Shown here one piece after another: positions 31,830 to 39,810 of a DNA stretch of 39,810 nucleotides. The translations under genes and the position numbers were made by a program. The notes under the pieces were generated by a model that saw only the letters and a program-made list of their open reading frames with translations, was not told where the DNA came from and made no database searches. How positions within the stretch are numbered: the stretch's first letter is position 1; the number at the start of each line of letters is the position of its first letter. This DNA comes from Macrostomum lignano. Taxonomy: Eukaryota. The stretch lies in assembly GCA_002269645.1 (NCBI GenBank), contig NIVC01002759.1, positions 1-39,810 on the forward strand, read 5' to 3'.

Positions 31830-34815
31830 TATGGGATCATGGAGATAAGCATTTCTATACTAGTAATATTAATAATAATATGTTTTCAATTTTATCCTTA
31901 ATAGAATAGTTTAATTTTACATTTAACTGTTTTACCTATTTCAAATGATAAACATGGCTAGTAGTAGTTCACTTGTTATAAAAAAGTTTTTATCAATGAA
32001 AATTAAAATACATGACAGTTGTTATTGTTATGGTGACCATATAAATAACAAAACAGTTATTTTTATGGTTAATGCATAAGACACTATTTAGGCCTAGGCC
32101 TAGGGTCTTTACTAGATATAACAGTATAAATAGCAAAACTGTTATTTTTATAGTCATCATAGATAGAAAGCAAAATGGCTATTTTTATAGTCATATGGAA
32201 GAAATTCCAGTTAAATTAAAATGTAATAGTTAACAATTAGGCTTACCTACAATAAGCTATAGTGACAAGGACCACTAGAATTGTTACCATTGTATCAATG
32301 TATTTCTTTGTTTTTTTAAACTTAGCCACCTTAGTATTTGCACTGCAATTTCATTACTTCATTTAGATAGTATTTGTTTTAAGTGTTGACTGTAAAAGTA
32401 ACTATCTCACCATTTATACAGTCATTGTAACAATAACAACTGCCTTAAAATATATCTAGTTTTCATTTTGGATAATGGCAAAGTAATCATTTTTATAGAA
32501 AAGGCTTATTAACAATTATGGTATTCCTAAATATATTATTAAGGAAAGGGCATTTATATTTTTTGAATTGATTTTAAATGACAGTTTCTAGTACAGAGGT
32601 AATCATAAATTTCAGAGCCAACAATATATTAAACTTTTTTTAATTCTCATCAACCTTTTGTTCCTAGATAAAATCTTTGAATAGAAATTTTGGAACAAAA
32701 AGCTGTACACAAATTTTTTGTACAAGTTTTCTACTCTAAATCAAGCATTTTTTGCATTTGAATTTTTATAAACAATTTTTTAGGATATTTTATGTAAAGT
32801 TCAAATTTTAAATAAATAGGCCTACTTAAAAATATATTTTATAATTCTCTTTTAATGTTAATGTAGTCCTTAGTTTCCTTGCCTTTAAATGCAAAAAAAT
32901 GTTTTATATAACAAATGCAATATTTAACATTTTCAAATGAAATCATGCAAGTTTTTTGAACATATAAAAGCTATGCACATATAAACCTTTTTAGAGTTGT
33001 GAAAGTTTCTAGAAATTGTGCACAAGTGTGCAAGTTTTTATTAGTATACATAGAATGTGTCTAGAATTTTGTACAAAAATTCTATCTAAGCCTTTTGTAT
33101 TAGATAGAATAGATGAAATTCTTCTTGATTTCTATTTAGATTTTTATTATCTATTATCAAATTGTCTAGTTTATATTCAAAATAGTAGTCCTAAATAACC
33201 ATTTTTCTATTAGGCCTATATTGTTTTTGTCTACATTTATATTATATGACTAAGCCTCCTATAGTAATTAAAATAGATCATACATGCACAATAGCCAGCT
33301 AACCTAGCCAATCTATCTGTGGCTAGCTATTGAGTGGCCTAGCCACCACTGTCAGGAAGGTTTCCAGTGTACATCAGAGTTTTTTGGGCAAACTTTTAGG
33401 TGTATATCAACAATTGGAAATGTGACTTTGTTATGTATACCAAAAATTCAAAATTATATGACTTCACTTTTGTGTTGCAACAATAAATGACTTTTATTCC
33501 ACTGTTATATTTGACATTTAAATGTATATTTTAACAAAATAAGTGTTGTGTCTATTACTCCTTTATAAAAACTTGTAATCACACAAAGTTCTAGTATCTA
33601 AATTCTTTAAAAAAGCATTATCATATCATATTTTAAATTGCTTTTATACGACTTTTTATATGCCAATTACAACTTTTTAAGATTTAAACATGCCAAATAT
33701 GCACGCCAATGAACTATGAAAGGCTAATGCATGCCAGAAAATGCAGGACACCTTCCTGACAATTGCCCAGTCAAAGTAACTTGCAAAATTCCCACCTGAA
33801 AAAATATAGATGCAGTACAACTTAGATGATAAAGCATTTAGCTTTAATAATAATAAAGATAAAGTCATAGTTACTTTTGCCATTTGTCCAAAATTGCATT
33901 AATAATTTAATTTTGTCTTTAGGATTTTTTCACAAATAAGTCCTATTTTTGGTCAAATAGATAAACTACTTTTTCTATTTTTACTAGGAAATAATACTTT
34001 AATTGACATATTTTAAGATATAACTAAAGTGTTGCATATTTATATATTTACAAAAAACAATTAGCTATAGTATTTATACATTTTTAAAGAGTATTGTGAA
34101 TATTTTGACAGAAATTATACTTAATTTTTTAATATTTTCAGCTTTCTAATTTTCTATAAACTTATAAGTTGCAATTTTAATATAGTTGCATTGTCATTGC
34201 CAATAAAAATAAAACTTTGTTTTGCTTTCATTTTGTCCTATGTCCATTTATAACTTTGTCTATTAGTAGCCAAATTGGCAATAGATAATTGACTAGAAAG
34301 TAGGGACCTTAACAAATTTAAATAATTTTTCAAAAGACATTTGTCTTTGGCATAAAAGGCTAAACAAATATAGATATTGAAAAAAGGTTTTAAAAACAGT
34401 TTTAAAATTTAGCCAATTAATCACTTTTAACAAGCTATCACCTCTTTGGTATAGCTAGAGAACTAGGTCTCAAAGCCAATTTTATAGCCTTTTATAGGGG
34501 CATTATATTATTTATTATTAGTTTATTATTATTATACATGTAACTTACTAGGTGATAATGTTGCAATAATCTCCATAAACTAATGATTGTTTTCTTGTGG
34601 AGTTAATAGACTTTAAAACCCTACCTGATATACATTGAGATCCTGTTCACTTTGGCTTAAAGTTTAACCGATATTCATCACCTGCCACTGTCCGCAGCTG
34701 TGACCAGCCTATTCTCAGCACGAGCATATTTACTACTGTCAGTAGGATTGCATCAGTAGATTGTCTCAGAAGCCGAAAAACTGTCATCTCTGCCGCCGCC
34801 GCCGCCGCCGCAGTC

Positions 34816-37712
34816 ATGACCCTCTCCGACGGTCACAATGCGTCAATCAACGCCCTCGCCCTGACCGACGACGGTCGCCAGCTCGCATCTGGCTGCGACG
34901 AAGGCGTCGTCTGCCTGTGGGACTCGGAGCTGCGCCGCCTGCGCGCCCGGCTCCGCTGCCCGCCTGGCCTCACCGACATCGGCGGGGCCGCCAGCAGTGT
35001 TGGCGCCGTGTCGGCGTTGGCCTTCGCCGACGCCTGGCAGCCGGGCCGGCTGTACGCCGCGCAGGGCAGCCACCTGGTGGCCTGGGACATCCGAGCGATT
35101 CGGCCTCGAGAGCCGCTGTTTGTTGTACCAGCGGGTCAACCTGCGGCGACTCAGGCCGGCGGCTCTGACGAAGTCAACGGATTGGCGCTGCTGACTTCGC
35201 CAACTTCGGCAGCGGCTGGCGAACGCCGCCTGGCCACCGCTGACGACGGCGGCTGGATTCGGGTGTTCGACGGCGAGACTGGCGAGCTGGTTCGATCGCT
35301 GAGGAAGCACGACAACATTGCGTCCGCTGTGCTGTTCAGACCCGGCAAGGACTGGCAGGTCCGGACTGGGGTCTCTATGCGTGCCATTATCTCTGTTTGT
35401 GGGACTGCAACAATATGCCGGTGTTTGAGTGCCGGCTTAGTTGCCAGGGTGCAGTTATTGGTATGGCAACGCCAGGGTAGCCGAGAGCGCTAAATAAGGT
35501 AGTATGGCGCCCAAGTACAATAGTCGGGCAACGAAATAGAAAAGCAGAGCGCCAAGCTATAATACCCAGGCGCTAAAGATAGAATATTTGGGCGCCAAGA
35601 TAGAATACTTGGGCGCTAAGATAAGAATACTTTGAGCGCCTAGTTAGAATACTTGGGCGCTAAGATAGAATTTTTGGTTGTCGAGATAGAATACTTGGTC
35701 GCCAAGATAGACCAAGCCGTGCCTTTCCACCCTACCCCCCCCCCCGCCCGCCCCAATTTTTATTGCCTTTCTCGGAATTCCAGCCTAAATCTGCCATGTA
35801 CATTCAGTGGCTAATGTTCGAGCTACATTATTGCTGAACCAATTAGCAAGTTGTTCACGCCTGCAAGCTTTGGGCTTCTAAACTTATCAAAGTCATTTCA
35901 GCTGCCTTTATTTAAAAAAAAGCTTATGTATTCTTCTTTGCTACTGAACTGAAAGTAGAAAGCTGTTTTAATAAGTATATGTGCCTGAGTGGCCCATCAA
36001 GTTATTTTAGTGTCTGTGGTAGTGGCACGATTTCGCCGAAGGCGTTGATCGCAATATGTGCTCAAATGTGGAAACTACTCTCAGTATGTAAACAAAAATG
36101 TCAAACATCTGGACTTGACACCTGCATTGAGCATTGCATTCCATTTCGCAGCTCATCTCCGGCGGCATGGACTGCCGGCTGGTTGTCACGGACTGGAAAG
36201 GTCGCCGGGGTCATGCCCTCAACATATTCGACATTGACGAGATTCTGGACGCCGAGCTGTGCAGCGACGCGGCGGCCGCTGGACAGGTGCAGGCGTCGCA
36301 GCCTTTGATCCACTGCCTGGCAGCCACGCCCGATGGCCTGTACGCTGCGGCCGGCCTGGAGAACGGATCGGTTGAGCTGTTCAGCGCTGGGGGTAATGCT
36401 GCTTGAGACCGTGTGTTTGCTCTCTCTGGTTGTTTCATGTGTCGACTTTGTTTAATTGGGTTCTTTGTTGTGCCGCCTGTTTACTTGGGTTCTTTGGTGT
36501 GCCGTCTCTCGTTAATTTGGTTCTTTGGTGTACCGCCTCCCTTTAATTTGGTTTTTTGGTGTGCCGCCTGTTTACTTGGGTTCTTTGGTGTGCCGCCTCT
36601 CGTTAATTTGGTTCTTTGGTGTGCCGCCTCCCTTTGATTTGGTTCTTTGGTGTGCCGCCTGTTTAATTGGGTTCTTTGGTGTGCCGCCTCTCGTTAATTT
36701 GGTTCTTTGGTGTGCCGCCTCTCTTTAATTGGGTTCTTTGGTGTGCCGCCTCCCTTTGATTTGGTTCTTTGTTGTGCCGCCTGTTTAATTGGGGTGTTTG
36801 ATGTGCGGCCTCTCTTTAATTGGGTTATTTGGTGTGCCGCCTCCCTTTGATTTGGTTCTTTGTTGTGCCGCCTGTTTAATTGGGGTGTTTGATGTGCGGC
36901 CTCTCTTTAATTGGGTTCTTTGGTGTGCCGCCTCTCTTTAATTTGGTTCTTTGTTGTGCCGCCTGTTTAATTGAGTTCTTTGATGTGCCGCCTCTGTCTA
37001 ATTGGGTTCTTTAATATGCCGTCTTTGCTCTTTAATTGGGTTCTTTAGGGTCCTTTAATTGGGTTCTTTGATGTGCCGACCTTGTTTAAGTGGGTTCTTC
37101 ATGAGCCGCTATATTTTATTGCGTTCTTTGATGTGCCGTCTCTCTGTAATTGGGTTCTTTAATGTGCCGCCTTTTTATCAATATTTTTTGCTGTTCTTTT
37201 GTCCTCTTAATCGGTGCCCCCAATCGGATCAACTTCATCACTCAGGCCGGCACCTGCAGCACGCGGAGAGTCTCTACGGCCACACAGCGGCCGTAAGCGC
37301 CCTGCTGTGCCTGCCCGGCCACCTGCTGCTCTCCGGTGGCAACGACTGCGACTGCTTTCTGTGGAATCTGGACTCCGACTGGTCTGGTGGCTCCTTCGCC
37401 CATTCAGACAAGGTGAACGCCCTGTGCGGAGTAGCCCCGGACAGGGTGTACCTGGCCGACAGCGGCCCGGCCGTGCACTGCTGCGATTTGAATGTAGCCC
37501 AGCTGGCCGCCCAGCAACCGCAGGCGCCGCAGCTGCCGCCGCTGCACCATTATCATCGTGTCGTCGGCGGCGGTGGCGGCGGCGGCGTAGTTGCGGTGGC
37601 CGAAGCCTCCATTCAGGGCGGAGCGCCCGAAGATGTTGAAGACACAGACGAAGAAGAGGATGACCGGGAGGATGAAGAGCAAGATGATGTCGGTAGTGGT
37701 TTGAGGATTTAA
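34816..37712 (+). CDS. WDR53: WD repeat-containing protein 53; join(34816-35358,36152-36392,37246-37712), 416 aa
   Basis: GHNASINAL, LASGCDEG, LYAAQG, DEVNGL, LATADDGG.IRVFD, RSLRKHDNIASAVLFRP, LISGGMDC, GHTAAVSAL, LLSGGND and H.DKVN match WDR53 in order. Phases 0 and 1 are compatible and 1251 nt is in frame. Confidence 0.85.
35487..35712. repeat. ~21-bp minisatellite (GCGCYAAGATAGAATACTTGG)n in WDR53 intron 1
   Basis: About 10 diverged units. Confidence 0.85.
36430..37200. repeat. ~30-bp minisatellite (TTTAATTKGGTTCTTTGGTGTGCCGCCTC)n in WDR53 intron 2
   Basis: About 25 units, diverging toward both ends. Confidence 0.93.
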
Positions 37713-39810
37713 ATTGTAGATGAGAAAATACTTGTCAACAATGGTAATTTGCAAAGTTTCGAGTTTGTTAGAAAGTCCCCGATATAATTTTAGTGGCCAA
37801 GACCAAATAGCTTAAATAATTAGGGTAGTTAAATCTCCAAATTCCATTGCCTATGGTCTAAAAAGGGATGGTTAATGTTTAAACTGTGGTTTTCTTTGCC
37901 CACTAGCCTACTAACAGTAGCCAGAATAGCACGCGTACAAGGAAGCATAAGCATATCTATGTTTTTTGTTTCAATTTGAAATTTGTGTTGATATTTAATA
38001 GTCTGTGTCACCACTAAGCCACACTTTTTATTAACAAAGTTTCTCATTTAAAACTGGAATATTTCAACCATTTGGCCTGAAAACTTTCGTTTTAGTTATT
38101 AAGGTTTATTGGTAATTCCTGATTGAGAAACTCCTACCGTATATTTTATATGATTACTAAACTGTGTAGATAGCGAGATGTAATTAAACCTTATTTATAT
38201 AAACATTACAGATTTATTTATTCAAGATCTTTCATGTTGCATCAATTGCAACAATCATAAGCAATGTTTGCAAATAATTATTACTTTGTTTGGCTTACCC
38301 CATGCAATCTAATAACACAATGCTATATGTTAATACTACTGTTTTACAAGTACATTGCACAATAACTTGAGTGTTTGTGCCTTCAAGTTTAGCGAGACTG
38401 CAAATCGACCAAATCTTTTGTTTAGTATTTTTTCTGTTACTAAACTGTGTTGTATTTCATTTAATTATTTTTTGTTTGTAACAATCGTTTTAGAGATCTT
38501 AATAGTTTTGCTATTAACTTCAATGGCCGAGTGATTTGCACCAAGTTTTTTTGTAGTTTGCTTAGCACGATATATTTACTATATCAAATAGTTGCTACAT
38601 ACTACTTATAGTATACTAAATATTAATAATTTAAGCGCCGCCACATATTCTAACAATTACTAACAAAGTTTTCTTATTCTTAAATTTGTTTTACGTTTCG
38701 CTGCTTTAAGAAAACACTTGCTCTAAGCTCAATCTGGATATGCAGGCTTTTATTATAAAACCCTTTACTGTTTGCTACTTACAGAAGGTAAAAGCGAATG
38801 TAGCAATTTAAGCTCGTAATGAAGAATTAATAATAACACTGTTTATTTATTCATTTTAAGTAGCTGTCGCTTTATCAGCCATATGTTTGTTGTGTAAGAC
38901 TTAGATTGCTTCTGTGTATTTGACGCTGCTACTTTAAACATGATTTGAAATATTTCGGGTTACCGAAATTCATTAACTAGGCGAATCCCTGTCTCAATAC
39001 AGCATTTCACTGTTTGATCACATTTCATTCTATACGGTGTGTTTTGTTTATTTTTAGTAAGAATAGCTGAACGAACCTGAACGAATATGAATAATATTTC
39101 GCTGTTAATCACTTTTAAGCCATTAAATTTCAGTTAAGTTACTTGTCTGTACGTTTGCCTATCTGTACATTACGTAATTGTATTATTCTCGTAAATCGAC
39201 TGAGTATTCTCACTCATTGTAATATTCCTCTTCCTCTTCACAAAAGTTGCAGCCTGTTGTGTTTTATTTTAACCATATATTCCCTGCGTTTGTAAACTTT
39301 ATTGTACGTGCATGTATGTGTGTGTATATCAAATCAATGATGACTGCTATCTGTTTCTAAATAAAAGGCTCAGTCTTCAAATTTCAGATATATTTTTTGT
39401 TCTTACGGTTTAACTAAAGTTTAAATTAATAACGTTTGCTGTGATCTTCCTTTTTATCAGTTCCTCAACTTCTGCACAGCAGCAGAAGTGTAGAAGTACG
39501 TACACTACATGTACTGAATGGCGGAATGCTGAATTATCATACACCTACAAGCTGAATAGCGGATCTTGATAAAAAAGTAAGTTTAAAGGCGAAGGCATAG
39601 AAAGTATTTTTCTGGCTTAAAATGCTTCCGACGTTCAGACTTTTAAGTTCTTTCTTTGGTAATAAAACAAAAAATAGACATATAGCAAGTAATATATATA
39701 CACACTGTAGGCAAAGAATGACAGCATTTTTGCTCATTGTTGCTTTTATTATATTTACTTAGTTTTAGATGATAGTCTACATTTAAAATTTGATTAGCAA
39801 TTTTTATTGC

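Noticed and set aside
31830-34700. Genes or RNAs in the long AT-rich tracts (also 37720-39810 and 8950-10450)
   Set aside because: I saw no GC-rich exon-like segment, recognisable protein motif or RNA structure. The short ORFs look random.

Overview
Eukaryotic (invertebrate metazoan) genomic DNA with GC-rich exons, GT-AG introns filled by tandem repeats, and AT-rich intergenic tracts. The style is reminiscent of the flatworm Macrostomum, which is an inference only. Bases 1-8.9 kb hold two convergent, defective Ty3/Gypsy (Mag/K02A2.6-like) LTR retrotransposons. Element 1 (+) is 5'-truncated and decayed, with a PPT and a short 3' LTR. Element 2 (-) has a tRNA-Ser PBS, an intact gag ORF and a decayed integrase, but its RT-RNaseH region is replaced by about 2.7 kb of unrelated DNA containing a small antisense transmembrane ORF. 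Bases 11.6-37.7 kb hold four co-oriented + strand spliced genes whose exon phases I checked by hand: KLHL8, an unidentified protein with an N-terminal GGFGN-repeat region, DCAF10 and WDR53. Every intron carries a tandem repeat. The intergenic DNA contains several MITEs with TIRs and TSDs and a foldback element. I found no rRNA, tRNA gene or CRISPR array.
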